Made by a program: the position numbers and the translations under genes
Notes under the pieces: generated by a model
Database searches by the model: none
Told to the model about the DNA's origin: nothing
What the model saw: only the letters and a program-made list of their open reading frames with translations
In this document: piece after piece, positions 40,882-50,247 of the stretch
Layout: every line of letters begins with the position of its first letter
Numbering within the stretch: position 1 is the first letter of the stretch
Source: an uncultured Gemmatimonadales bacterium
GTDB lineage: Bacteria > Gemmatimonadota > Gemmatimonadetes > Gemmatimonadales > Gemmatimonadaceae
DNA: 64,000 bases
Assembly: GCA_963707505.1 (NCBI GenBank)
Contig: CAVPQB010000004.1
Span: 416,001-480,000 of the forward strand
Direction of reading: 5' to 3'

Positions 40882-41660
40882 CAAAATTCCGTTTTTGGCT
40901 GTGGGTCGTGAACGCCGCGGAGCCGCTGCTCGGGGACCGGCGCACGTGTATCCTCGCCGCAACGCCCCGGCGGAAGTATCGAATCGCGCGTCGAAGCACC
41001 GAGCGTGTCGTGCATTATCGCCCGCAGGGTATCACACGCAACGATCGTAGCGGTCCTCGGTTTTCTATTGTCTCGCGTGTGTGTCACGAAGATCAGTGCG
41101 ACGGTCGCCAGCGTGATTCCCGCACCGACCAGTGTGCGGCGGAGCTGTGCCGAGCCACGTGCGACGCGCATCTTTAGCGCCGACACCGCAACACCGGTGT
41201 CGGCGGAAATTTCTTCGTAGCTCCGGTCTTCGCCGTACTTGCTGAGCACGACGGAGCGGGTGGCGTCGGGCAGGGATTCCAGCGCCTCGCTCAATCGCTG
41301 CGCAAGGGCATGGTCTTCCTCGCGCGGGAGCACCGCAGTGTGGCCCGCATCGGAATGAGCCCGCATCCATTCGCCCGCGATGTTTGCGCGACGCCGCGCG
41401 GCATCGCTCGCGGACCGGCATCTGTTCGCGACTATGCAGAGCAGCCAGGAACTGAAGCGGTCGCGCTCCTGATAGCTGTCGAGCGACAGATAGGCCCGGA
41501 TGAACGCGTCCTGCACCGCGTCGGCGGCGTCGTCCGGGTCGCCGAGCAGCCGCATCGCCAATCGGGCGCAACGTTCATGGTACCGCTCGAAGAGGAGCGC
41601 GAAGGCGTCACTCTCCCCATCGCGAATCCGGCTGACCACCGCCGCGTCGGAAATCACCAT
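40881..41660 (-). CDS. ECF sigma factor with C-terminal transmembrane helix and ~65-aa extension
   Basis: DAADAVQDAFIRAY, FSSWLLCIVAN, SYEEIS..ALKMRVARG, then LVGAGITLATVALIFV and a Cys-containing tail. Confidence 0.85.
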   Translation of the reverse strand: MVISDAAVVSRIRDGESDAFALLFERYHERCARLAMRLLGDPDDAADAVQDAFIRAYLSLDSYQERDRFSSWLLCIVANRCRSASDAARRRANIAGEWMRAHSDAGHTAVLPREEDHALAQRLSEALESLPDATRSVVLSKYGEDRSYEEISADTGVAVSALKMRVARGSAQLRRTLVGAGITLATVALIFVTHTRDNRKPRTATIVACDTLRAIMHDTLGASTRDSILPPGRCGEDTRAPVPEQRLRGVHDPQPKTEF

Positions 41661-41782
41661 GCTACGTTAACCCACGTGAGCGGCTCACGGTCACATCTTG
41701 CAGGCAGGCCGGCGAAAAGTCCACCCCTGGCGTCCCCGCGACCATTAGTGCACTGTAGTGCGGACCTCAACCCCCATGGATC

Positions 41783-42529
41783 ATGACCGCCCCTGACGAA
41801 CTCAGCACGTCCGCGCCGCCAGTGTCCGCGAAGCCGGCGAGCCTGTGGGAAGACTTCATCGATATTTTCGTGTCACCCAGCGAGGTGTTTGAGCGCAGAC
41901 GCGACTCGGGCTTTTTCGCGCCCTTGGTGGTCTTCGTAGTCCTGTCCGTTGCCATAGTGGTCGCTGGCCACTCCGCCCTGCAACCGATATTCGACTCCGA
42001 GTTCACGCGCGGGATGGCGGCCGCCGCCAAGAAGAACCCGCAGCTGACGGACGCTCAGATCCAGACTTCGCGCGCCTTCGCGGAGAAGCTGACCCCTGTT
42101 CTGGTTGGTCTGGGCGCCGCCATCATGCCGCTGCTCGTGGGAGTGATCCTGTGGATCGCGGGCAAGTTCGTCGATGCCAAGGAAGGCGTAGGTGCTGCAT
42201 GCATGATCGCCTGCTACGCCTTCATCCCGCGCATCCTCGATTCACTGCTCAGAGTGGTGCAGGCATTCGTCATGGACCCGGCTTCTCTCAACGGTCAGTA
42301 CCGCGTGAGTCTGAGTGCCGCACGTTTTCTGGATCCGGACACGGCGTCGCCAGTGTTGATCGGACTACTGGGCCGGATCGACCTTTTCACGATCTGGGTG
42401 ACCGTGCTACTCGCGATCGGTCTGTCCGTAGTTGCGCGAATTCCGCGGCAGAAGGCGGCGATCGCCGCGGTCGTCGTCTGGGTCGTCGGCGCGCTTCCGG
42501 CGCTCCTGCAGGCACTCAGGGCATCGTAA
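41783..42529 (+). CDS. Yip1 family membrane protein
   Basis: DIFVSPSEVFE, RIDLFTIW; about 5 TM helices. Confidence 0.8.
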   Translation: MTAPDELSTSAPPVSAKPASLWEDFIDIFVSPSEVFERRRDSGFFAPLVVFVVLSVAIVVAGHSALQPIFDSEFTRGMAAAAKKNPQLTDAQIQTSRAFAEKLTPVLVGLGAAIMPLLVGVILWIAGKFVDAKEGVGAACMIACYAFIPRILDSLLRVVQAFVMDPASLNGQYRVSLSAARFLDPDTASPVLIGLLGRIDLFTIWVTVLLAIGLSVVARIPRQKAAIAAVVVWVVGALPALLQALRAS

Positions 42530-42537
42530 ATTCGTCA

Positions 42538-42575
42538 TCGTCGTCATCCCCCGTGAACGCGAGGGATGACGACGA
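42538..42575. repeat. Hairpin / degenerate CGTC-type REP between convergent genes
   Basis: TCGTCGTCATCCC...GGGATGACGACGA; shares CGTCATCC with the 24918 element. Confidence 0.55.
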
Positions 42576-42619
42576 TAGCCACTTTCGGACATCACAAACC
42601 TGCTCTCGGACTCCCGCCC

Positions 42620-43324
42620 TCAGGTCTCGATCGCTCCGTGCTCGATCGGTTCCCGTTCGCGCCTGATGAACAGCGTGTCATAAAGAACGGCCGCGATTAT
42701 CGATCCCACGATCGGTGCGGTCCAGTAGATGAACTGACCTTCGTAAATCCCTGAAGCAAGCGCCGGCCCGAACGACCGCGCCGGATTCATCGACGCGCCA
42801 GTAAGCGGCCCGATCGCCAGAATGTCGACCGTCACCACCAGTCCGATCGCGAATCCGCCTACCTTCGGCGACTTCGGATCTACCGCAGTCGCGAATACCG
42901 CGAACGTCAGGAAGAAGGTCGCGATCGCCTCCAGAATCCATGCCTGCGACGCGGTAACGTCCAGTGAAATCGCCTGGCCACCATCACGCGTAGCTGCGAC
43001 GATTGCGTCGGGGAACGTGCCTTTGAGTATGTACGCGGCCGCTGCCGCGCCGAGGAGCTGCGCTACGATGTAGATACCGGCCATCATAGGGTCGATGCGG
43101 CGCGCCGCTACGAATCCAAGTGTGATCGCCGGATTGAAGTGACCCGAGATCCGCATGAGCGCCGTCACGAATATCGACAACACCAGGCCGTGCGCCAGCG
43201 CCACCTGCAGCAACGCATACGGAGAGTTCGCCTGCGCAGCAGCCATTATCGCGGCGCTGCCCACGAACACCAGTGCGAACGTACCTATGAACTCCGAGAC
43301 AAAATGGCGTAGCGGATCACGCAT
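42620..43324 (-). CDS. MIP family channel (aquaporin-like)
   Basis: EFIGTF, GHFNPA, SMNPARSFGP, YWTAP. Confidence 0.95.
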   Translation of the reverse strand: MRDPLRHFVSEFIGTFALVFVGSAAIMAAAQANSPYALLQVALAHGLVLSIFVTALMRISGHFNPAITLGFVAARRIDPMMAGIYIVAQLLGAAAAAYILKGTFPDAIVAATRDGGQAISLDVTASQAWILEAIATFFLTFAVFATAVDPKSPKVGGFAIGLVVTVDILAIGPLTGASMNPARSFGPALASGIYEGQFIYWTAPIVGSIIAAVLYDTLFIRREREPIEHGAIET

Positions 43325-43384
43325 GCGTTACCCCGTTCGAAACAAGGTTGACCGGGCGCCTGCGAAGCGCCCGGATGCGCGTCG

Positions 43385-44629
43385 CTACACTACCCGGCGG
43401 AAGACCAGCGCGGCATTGATACCGCCGAATCCGAATGAGTTGCTGAGCACGTGCTCCACCCGGTCGGAATGCCCTGTCCCCGTGATGTAGTTAAGATCGC
43501 ACGCCGGGTCGCGCTCGGTAAGGTTCACGGTAGGCGGAAGCCATTCCCGGTCGATTGCGAGAGCGCAGATCGCAGCCTCGATCGCTCCGGATGCACCCAA
43601 CGCATGGCCGTAATATCCCTTGGTTCCGCTCGCCTGCACAGTCGCGGCCGAATCGCCGAATACCTGCTTGATTGCTACCGTCTCAGTTGGATCGTTGAGC
43701 GGAGTCGAGCTGCCGTGCGCATTGATGTATCCGATCTCGGATGGGGACACCGCTGCGTCGCTCAGCGCCATGCGCATCGCGCGCGCGGCCTGCGTTCCGT
43801 CAGGCAGGGGCGCTGTCATGTGATGCGCGTCGTTGGTCGTGCCATAACCACAGACTTCGGCGTAGATTCGCGCGCCGCGCGATACTGCCCGATCGTGCTC
43901 CTCCAGTATCAGCACCGCCGTTCCCTCGCCCATCACGAATCCATCACGCTCGTGATCGAACGGTCGCGACGCGTGTTCGGGATCGTCGTTGCGGGTGGAC
44001 ATCGCACGTATGAGAGCGAAGGCGCCAAAGCAGAGCGGCGCGAGTGGCGCCTCGGCGCCTCCTGCTATCATGACGTCAGCGTACCCGTCGCGGATCTGGC
44101 GGAACGCTTCGCCGATCGCCATCGCACCCGACGCGCAGCTCATCGCGTTGGTCGAGTTCGGGCCCGTCACACCCAGCTCGATCGCGATGTTGCAGCTTGC
44201 AGCGCCGCCGAACACCGCGAGCGCGAGTGTTGCATCGACCGCGCGCAACCCCTCGCGAAGAAACACGCTGAGCTGTTCTTCCGCGTAACCCACGCCGCCG
44301 AGCGCGGTGCCCATCATGGCGCCGACTCTGTCTCTATCCTCGGTGGCGAGATCGATTTCGGAGTCCTCGATGGCCTGCTTCGCCGCGGCCACGGAAAACT
44401 GACCGAACCGGTCCAGCCGTCGCGCGCGCTTGCTCTCGATGAAATCGTTCGGATCGAAGTCCGGAACCTCAGCAGCGTTGTGACTGCGAAAGATCGACGG
44501 GTCGAATCGTGTGAGCGAGCGTACTGCCGATCGCTCACGCAGCACGCCCTCCCACATTCCTTCCTTGGTGGAGCCGATTGGTGTTATCGCACCGATCCCG
44601 GTTATCACTACTCTTCGTCTGCTACTCAT
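43385..44629 (-). CDS. Beta-ketoacyl synthase (FabF/KAS II-like)
   Basis: RRVVITGIG; Cys-His-His triad (MSCASG, NAHGSST, YYGHALGA); SNSFGFGG. Confidence 0.93.
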   Translation of the reverse strand: MSSRRRVVITGIGAITPIGSTKEGMWEGVLRERSAVRSLTRFDPSIFRSHNAAEVPDFDPNDFIESKRARRLDRFGQFSVAAAKQAIEDSEIDLATEDRDRVGAMMGTALGGVGYAEEQLSVFLREGLRAVDATLALAVFGGAASCNIAIELGVTGPNSTNAMSCASGAMAIGEAFRQIRDGYADVMIAGGAEAPLAPLCFGAFALIRAMSTRNDDPEHASRPFDHERDGFVMGEGTAVLILEEHDRAVSRGARIYAEVCGYGTTNDAHHMTAPLPDGTQAARAMRMALSDAAVSPSEIGYINAHGSSTPLNDPTETVAIKQVFGDSAATVQASGTKGYYGHALGASGAIEAAICALAIDREWLPPTVNLTERDPACDLNYITGTGHSDRVEHVLSNSFGFGGINAALVFRRVV

Positions 44630-45120
44630 TCGGCCTCCGCCACGCGTGCCAGCCCTGCAAGAGTGCGCGACGCGATGCCGTGCACGAACACTGGTCCAAT
44701 CACCGTTGTGGCCGCGAATTCTCCGATCAGCGGCCACTCGGGTCCGTTCCACACGTGCAGGACACGAACGTGCGTCCCCGCCGGTGTGGGCTCGAAGCTC
44801 CACTCGACGTCCATTCCACTCGTAACACCAGCAACGTGCCGAAACCGAACTGCCGGCGCGCTGTCGATCACCTGCATGTCCGATCGCCACCATGTGGGCC
44901 AGTCGAGCAGCCCGAACGGTCTGTTGGCCGACATCTCCACCACCCCGCCACCATCCGCCTCCTGCCTGTTGAACCGAACGAAGCGATAGTGCGGAAGATG
45001 CTCCGGCCAGCGACTCACATCCCGCGCGAGCGCGAAGATCCGGCGTAATGGCGCGCGCACCTCGAGCTCGTCCAGGACGTGCATGCGACGGCCAGCTGGC
45101 ATCGGTCCCAGGTCGATCAC
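44626..45120 (-). CDS. SRPBCC / polyketide cyclase-aromatase family protein
   Basis: IFALARDVSRWPEHLPHY, WWRS, GMDVEWSF; coupled by 4-nt overlaps on both sides. Confidence 0.8.
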   Translation of the reverse strand: MIDLGPMPAGRRMHVLDELEVRAPLRRIFALARDVSRWPEHLPHYRFVRFNRQEADGGGVVEMSANRPFGLLDWPTWWRSDMQVIDSAPAVRFRHVAGVTSGMDVEWSFEPTPAGTHVRVLHVWNGPEWPLIGEFAATTVIGPVFVHGIASRTLAGLARVAEAE

Positions 45121-45830
45121 GTTGCACACTCGCCCGCAGTCGGAACCCAGCTTGTCGTGATCCTGAAGCCGAGTCGCCGATGCACCGTTGGGTGCACGCC
45201 GAGCGCGTCGAATACGGCCGTCGATAATTCTCCCGGTGTGTAACCGCGCATTACCGACAGCACGCCATCGTGCCGCGTAACGCTGTGAAACCGGAGCGGA
45301 AACGACGCCACCCAGAACCCCGCAGCCGCGATCCAGCTACGCTGCAGGTCGCTGACAACGACCGCCACACGGGCCACGCGATTCATCTCCCGCAGCAGTG
45401 CGCGCTCTTCGTTGTCGCGAAAATGATGCAATGTCTGAGAGCACATCACGACATCCACGCTTCCATCACCGAATGGTAGTGCAAGTCCGCTGCCGCATAT
45501 CGCGTACGATACTGAACCGGACGCCGATCTTGCGATCACAGGCTCGGCGTCCAACCCCACGGTAGTCAGAGTTACATGGTGAGCTGCGGCGGCAATGACC
45601 GCCGCACGCGGAATGTCGCCGCGCCCCGTGCCTACATCCAACAGGGTCGCTGCTTTTGGAAGGCGCGCGAAGTGCAGCGCAAGCTCCGCGATCGCCGAGC
45701 GGGTCCCTCTGAAGATGATGTTCGAGCGTCGAAGGTCCTCGACTGTTCGAAGAACGAGTCTCTCGTCTTCCTGACGGGAATCGAGCAGCTCCTTTCCGTA
45801 TCTGCGCCGCGGTGTCAGCAACCCTCGCAT
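45117..45830 (-). CDS. Class I SAM-dependent methyltransferase
   Basis: LLDVGTGRGD, SQTLHHF, SDLQRS, TRHDGVLSV. Confidence 0.88.
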   Translation of the reverse strand: MRGLLTPRRRYGKELLDSRQEDERLVLRTVEDLRRSNIIFRGTRSAIAELALHFARLPKAATLLDVGTGRGDIPRAAVIAAAAHHVTLTTVGLDAEPVIARSASGSVSYAICGSGLALPFGDGSVDVVMCSQTLHHFRDNEERALLREMNRVARVAVVVSDLQRSWIAAAGFWVASFPLRFHSVTRHDGVLSVMRGYTPGELSTAVFDALGVHPTVHRRLGFRITTSWVPTAGECAT

Positions 45831-45838
45831 AGTTGAGC

Positions 45839-46315
45839 CTATCGTTCCAACTGCGCGAATCCACCACGATAGTAGAGTAGCGGCCGCGCATCACGCATCG
45901 ACGCCGCCACGGTTTCTCCGATGATGACAGTGTGATCGCCAGCCTCAGTCGCGGATACGCGTTTGCATTCGACGAATGCGAGCACGTCGTTGAGGAGCGG
46001 CACGCCGTTCTCGCCATTCCGGTAACCGATTCCCTCGAATCGCTGCGCGCCCGTATCCGCGAACCGCCGTGCGATCGCCTCCTGAGTGGATGCGAGGATG
46101 TTGACCGCGAAGTACGGCGCCTTCGTCAGTGTGTCGTGCAGCGACGCGGCGTGATCGATGCACATCACCACCAGTGGCGGCTCGAGTGACACCGACGCAA
46201 AGGCGCTGACCGTCATCCCGTACGCCGATCCCGCTTCGTCCGTCGCAGTGACGACTGTGACACCGCTCGCGAACCTTCCCATTACTGCCCTGAATGCATC
46301 CGGATCGAGGCTCAT
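45839..46315 (-). CDS. Flavin reductase (HpaC/DIM6-NTAB family)
   Basis: FRAVMGRFASGVTVV, SVSLEPP, AGDH, PLLYYRG. Confidence 0.93.
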   Translation of the reverse strand: MSLDPDAFRAVMGRFASGVTVVTATDEAGSAYGMTVSAFASVSLEPPLVVMCIDHAASLHDTLTKAPYFAVNILASTQEAIARRFADTGAQRFEGIGYRNGENGVPLLNDVLAFVECKRVSATEAGDHTVIIGETVAASMRDARPLLYYRGGFAQLER

Positions 46316-47547
46316 ACACCGAACAGTAACAGCCGTGCGAAATACCCGAGTCTCAACACCTGGCTCGCCGGCACGAATCCCCCCGCCACCCCTACGAGCA
46401 GGTCTGCCATTTCCTTGCGCCTGGACAGCGCGCGCGCCGCGTGGTTGATGAGAGCGGGAACGGCTACGGTTCCTGCAATCAGCCTCTCGACTTGCCACTT
46501 TCCGTGGAACTCCGCGCGCCGAGCGCGTTCGTACGCGGCCAGCGCGCGATCCGCGCGACCCGTGCCAGCCGCGTTCGTCGCTGCCTCAGCTGCGAACGGC
46601 GCCAGCAGCTCGCCGCCGCGCAACGCGCTGTACACACCTTCGCCGGTGAATGGATCGAAGAAATCAGCGGCGTCTCCCACCAAGGCTGCGCCGCGCGCCC
46701 AGGCTCGCTTCGTGTACGACGCAAACGGTCCGGTCGCACGCACGGACTCAACGCGCTCGGCGACCGCGAACCGCGCGGCGAGATGTGGATGACCGATCAG
46801 CCACTCGTCCAGCATAGTGTCCGGATCCACCGCTGCGTCACGCGCGGCGCGCGCCGGCACCACCAGCGCGACGTTGGTCAGCCCGTTTCCGACGTCGGCG
46901 ATGCCGACGTATCCGTCCCTCTCGACGTGCATCTCGCCAACTTCCGTGACGCCGGGCACGTTCCGGAAGTGCGCGACAAACGCGACGCGGCGCGGAATGC
47001 GCGAGACACGCGTGAGTCCCAATCTGCGTCCAACAACCGAGCGCAGGCCGTCTGCGCCAATGACGAGCGGTGCCCTCATCTCGCGCGTGGCGCCATCGGA
47101 ATCCAGAATCATCACACCGCACGTGCGACCGCTACCGTCGCGAATCACGTCGGTGACTCGCGCACGTTGCACAAGTGTTGCGCCCGCCGTCTCTGCCCGC
47201 CCTGCGAGGATTGCATCCAGTATCGATCTTCGTACAGCGATTCCTCGATCTTGGAATGCGCGGTATCCGTGTTCTGCGATGAAGCTTCCGTGTATCTCGC
47301 AGCCGTTCGGCGCACGTACGCGCATGCCTGTGAGCTGTGCCGGACCGGATGCTTCGACCTGTTCCATTGCGCCCATGGCGGCGATGATGCGCGATGCCTG
47401 AGGGCTGAGGTATTCGGCGCAGACCTTGTCGCGGGGGAAGGTCGCGCGATCGAGCAGCATCACATCGATTCCCGACTTCGCGAGATGCCATGCTGTGGAC
47501 GATCCACCGGGTCCCGCTCCGACGACTATCGCTTGCGTCTTTCTCAT
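46312..47547 (-). CDS. FAD-dependent oxidoreductase (geranylgeranyl reductase family)
   Basis: GAGPGG, FPRDKVC, GADG, VGDAADFFDPFTGEG. Confidence 0.88.
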   Translation of the reverse strand: MRKTQAIVVGAGPGGSSTAWHLAKSGIDVMLLDRATFPRDKVCAEYLSPQASRIIAAMGAMEQVEASGPAQLTGMRVRAPNGCEIHGSFIAEHGYRAFQDRGIAVRRSILDAILAGRAETAGATLVQRARVTDVIRDGSGRTCGVMILDSDGATREMRAPLVIGADGLRSVVGRRLGLTRVSRIPRRVAFVAHFRNVPGVTEVGEMHVERDGYVGIADVGNGLTNVALVVPARAARDAAVDPDTMLDEWLIGHPHLAARFAVAERVESVRATGPFASYTKRAWARGAALVGDAADFFDPFTGEGVYSALRGGELLAPFAAEAATNAAGTGRADRALAAYERARRAEFHGKWQVERLIAGTVAVPALINHAARALSRRKEMADLLVGVAGGFVPASQVLRLGYFARLLLFGV

Positions 47548-47560
47548 CGACGTACTGCCG

Positions 47561-48421
47561 TTACCCAATCGAGCCCCAGTCTCCGAAGTTTCTTGCGATG
47601 CAATAAACGATGACTCCGAGTACAAAACCCGCTGCTGTGGAAAGTAGGTTTACTACATCGTTGTCGATCCGAATGATTCCTCCGACTCGGCGGGTGGTAG
47701 CCCCGCAGCGGTGAACCGTCCGTTCCGTAGGTTCTGCGCAGTCGTCGCACCAGCGCCGCTCCTGCACGGTCGCGCCGAGCAGCGAGTCGATGATCGATCC
47801 GCCAAAGCCTCCGACCAGCGCAGCGAGAAGGACTCCATGTCCTCGAAAGCCCGCCAGCATGGCGCAGAGTGCGACCCATGCGGCACCGGAGACGGAGCCC
47901 AGGAGCCCCGCACCCGTCACGCCTCCAGAAGTGCCAGAACGGACGATCGTTCCGGTAGTAATCAATCTCGGTTCGCCTCCCAGCCAAACCCCTATCTCTG
48001 TTGCCCATGTGTCCGAAGACGCCGCTGCCAGCGCTCCGACGGCTCCCCAGACCAGAGCTGTGGCAGGAACCGCTGCGCTGAGGGCTGCGGCCAGCGAATA
48101 GACCCCTCCGTTCGCCAGAACCTGTATCGCGTCGCGACGCCCGCCCTTGGAAACGACGCTGCCACTGCGCGCTTCCTTGTCGTCCTTGCCGGCCCATGAG
48201 AGGACCGTAGCGGCCAGGAAATAGGCAATCAGCAGTACGGCCCATCGCCAGCCGGCGATGACGCACAACGTCCCGCAGGCTGCTGCCGCGACGGCTCCGC
48301 TCCCGCTCAGCGACCGTGCTCGCCGCGCGAGCAGCGCTGCCACGATCGCGAGCGCGAGCCCAATGGCAGCCCGGCCCAGCAGACTCAAGCTTCCGTTTTG
48401 CGCGAAAATTGTCTCAGTCAC
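47561..48421 (-). CDS. DUF92 family membrane protein
   Basis: SLSGSG, GGRRDAIQVLANGG, SDTWATEIG, GTSGGVT, DSLLGATVQ, DNDVVN. Confidence 0.9.
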   Translation of the reverse strand: MTETIFAQNGSLSLLGRAAIGLALAIVAALLARRARSLSGSGAVAAAACGTLCVIAGWRWAVLLIAYFLAATVLSWAGKDDKEARSGSVVSKGGRRDAIQVLANGGVYSLAAALSAAVPATALVWGAVGALAAASSDTWATEIGVWLGGEPRLITTGTIVRSGTSGGVTGAGLLGSVSGAAWVALCAMLAGFRGHGVLLAALVGGFGGSIIDSLLGATVQERRWCDDCAEPTERTVHRCGATTRRVGGIIRIDNDVVNLLSTAAGFVLGVIVYCIARNFGDWGSIG

Positions 48422-48448
48422 TCGTGGGAGTTAACTTGGCGCTCTAAT

Positions 48449-49000
48449 ATGTCGCCAGCCTATCCCACGTCAGTCGATCCGCTCGTGCCGCTCTCTCTAC
48501 TCGAGGCCGTGCGCGAAGCTGACCGCCCGGATGGCGATGGCGAGGCGGAATATGCTCCGGAGTTCCTCAACAAGCGATTGGGAACGACCGACACCATCTA
48601 CGCTCAGATCAGGCGTTACAACGAGGCCGCGAAGCGCGGCCACCCGATACCGGAAGCCGAAGTCGTCGCGCTCGCGCGGCTCATGGGCAGGCGGCCGGAC
48701 GCTATCGAATTGTTCCGGAGCGCTGGTGTCACTATCGCGCGTGCTGCGTACGGGCGGCTCTCTCGCCTCAAGCGCGGCAGCGTGAATCTGCTTCCGCGCA
48801 TCGTCGCGCGGCCCATTGCGCGACGTCAGGCGCAGAAACTGCTCGCCCGGTACTTCGGAGCCAAGCTCAACCGGTCGGGACCGGTACTTCGGATGGATGT
48901 TCCCGCGCGCGCGCCTGTATCGGTGGGTGCCGATGAGCCTGGACGCGAGTATTACGACGCTGCGCTCCGTGAGCTGTTGACTCTTCTTACTCTTACCTGA
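48449..49000 (+). CDS. Hypothetical protein
   Basis: 183-aa soluble ORF, divergent from DUF92 and 16 nt upstream of the M24 peptidase. Confidence 0.65.
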   Translation: MSPAYPTSVDPLVPLSLLEAVREADRPDGDGEAEYAPEFLNKRLGTTDTIYAQIRRYNEAAKRGHPIPEAEVVALARLMGRRPDAIELFRSAGVTIARAAYGRLSRLKRGSVNLLPRIVARPIARRQAQKLLARYFGAKLNRSGPVLRMDVPARAPVSVGADEPGREYYDAALRELLTLLTLT

Positions 49001-49016
49001 CAGAAGGCCCTGAGAA

Positions 49017-50195
49017 ATGTTGCTTGCCTCAAAACTTGATGAGATCCGCAGTGCCATAGCCGATGCCGGCGTGGACGGCTGGCTGTTGTTTGATTTCCGC
49101 GGAACCAACCCGATCGCCGCGAGCATTGTCGGTATCTCCGGCATGGTGACGCGCCGGTATTTCTGCTACATACCGCGCAATGGAAATCCGGTCGCGATAA
49201 CTCACGCGATAGAGCAGGGCCCCTGGGAGACGTGGCCATCCGACTGGACGAAGTACGTCTACAGCAGTTGGCGCGACCTGGAGGCGTTTCTCGCGAAGAC
49301 GGTATCCGGCAAGCGTGTGGCGATGGAGTATTCCGCGGGCGATGCCGTGCCGTATCTGGATCGCATCCCTGCAGGGGTAGTGGAGATGGTGCGCAATGCC
49401 GGTGCCGAAGTCGTGACGTCGGCCGATCTCGTCACACGCATCTATGCGGTGTGGACGCCGGAGCAGCTCGCATCACACAAACGCGCAGCGGAGCACCTCG
49501 CGCGGATCGCGCGCAACGCGATGGCACTCGCCGGCGAGAAGGCGCGCTCGGGAAGTCCGATGCGCGAGTACGAGCTGCAGCAGCTCATCCGGCAGGAATT
49601 CGACGAAGCGGGTCTGTTCACGGACCACGGCCCGAACGTCTCGACCGGGCTGAGCGCCGCCAATCCACACTACGAGCCAACCGCAGAGCAGTCGGAGCTG
49701 ATCAACGACGGCGATATCCTGTTGATCGATCTCTGGGCACGCGAGCCCGACGGTGTGTACGCCGACCAGACGTGGATGGGCTCGTTGGGACCCGCCAGCG
49801 CGGCGAACGTCACGATCTGGGAGACAGTTCGCGGTGCGCGCGACGCGGCGATCGCAGTGCTTCGCGATCGCATAGAGAATGGCGTTCCTGTCACAGGGGG
49901 CGAAGCCGATGACGCCGCACGCAGTTACATCACCGAGCGCGGCTTCGGCGAAAAATTCACGCACCGTACCGGCCATTCCATAGACTCGCGCGACATACAC
50001 GGCTCCGGTCCGAACATCGACAATCTCGAGAGCCGCGACGTGCGCGTGCTTCTTCCCGGCGTTGCCTTCTCGATCGAGCCGGGCATCTACATAACCGGAC
50101 AGGTTGGGATGCGGAGCGAGGTCAATGGATATGTTTCGGAGGGCTCGCTGCTCATCACGCCGAGCAGGATTCAGGAAGATCTGTTCATCGTATGA
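49017..50195 (+). CDS. M24 family (Xaa-Pro) aminopeptidase
   Basis: NPHY, IDLW, YADQT, HRTGH, SIEPGIY, RSE metal ligands. Confidence 0.92.
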   Translation: MLLASKLDEIRSAIADAGVDGWLLFDFRGTNPIAASIVGISGMVTRRYFCYIPRNGNPVAITHAIEQGPWETWPSDWTKYVYSSWRDLEAFLAKTVSGKRVAMEYSAGDAVPYLDRIPAGVVEMVRNAGAEVVTSADLVTRIYAVWTPEQLASHKRAAEHLARIARNAMALAGEKARSGSPMREYELQQLIRQEFDEAGLFTDHGPNVSTGLSAANPHYEPTAEQSELINDGDILLIDLWAREPDGVYADQTWMGSLGPASAANVTIWETVRGARDAAIAVLRDRIENGVPVTGGEADDAARSYITERGFGEKFTHRTGHSIDSRDIHGSGPNIDNLESRDVRVLLPGVAFSIEPGIYITGQVGMRSEVNGYVSEGSLLITPSRIQEDLFIV

Positions 50196-50247
50196 TCCGG
50201 TCGTGCGCTGACGTCGTGCGCTGACGTCGTGCGGTGATGTTGGAACG

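Noticed and set aside
43451..44989. Long antisense or alternative-frame ORFs (e.g. 43451..44989+, 9209..10522-, 21357..22472-, 35779..36996-)
   Set aside because: Shadow ORFs expected opposite real genes in high-GC DNA; no recognisable motifs.
43385..45120. Canonical type II aromatic PKS
   Set aside because: No chain-length factor or ACP, and the KS looks FabF-like. Reported as a non-canonical cluster instead.
46312..47547. Flavin-dependent halogenase (suggested by the adjacent flavin reductase)
   Set aside because: No WxWxIP motif; the motifs fit the geranylgeranyl reductase family better.
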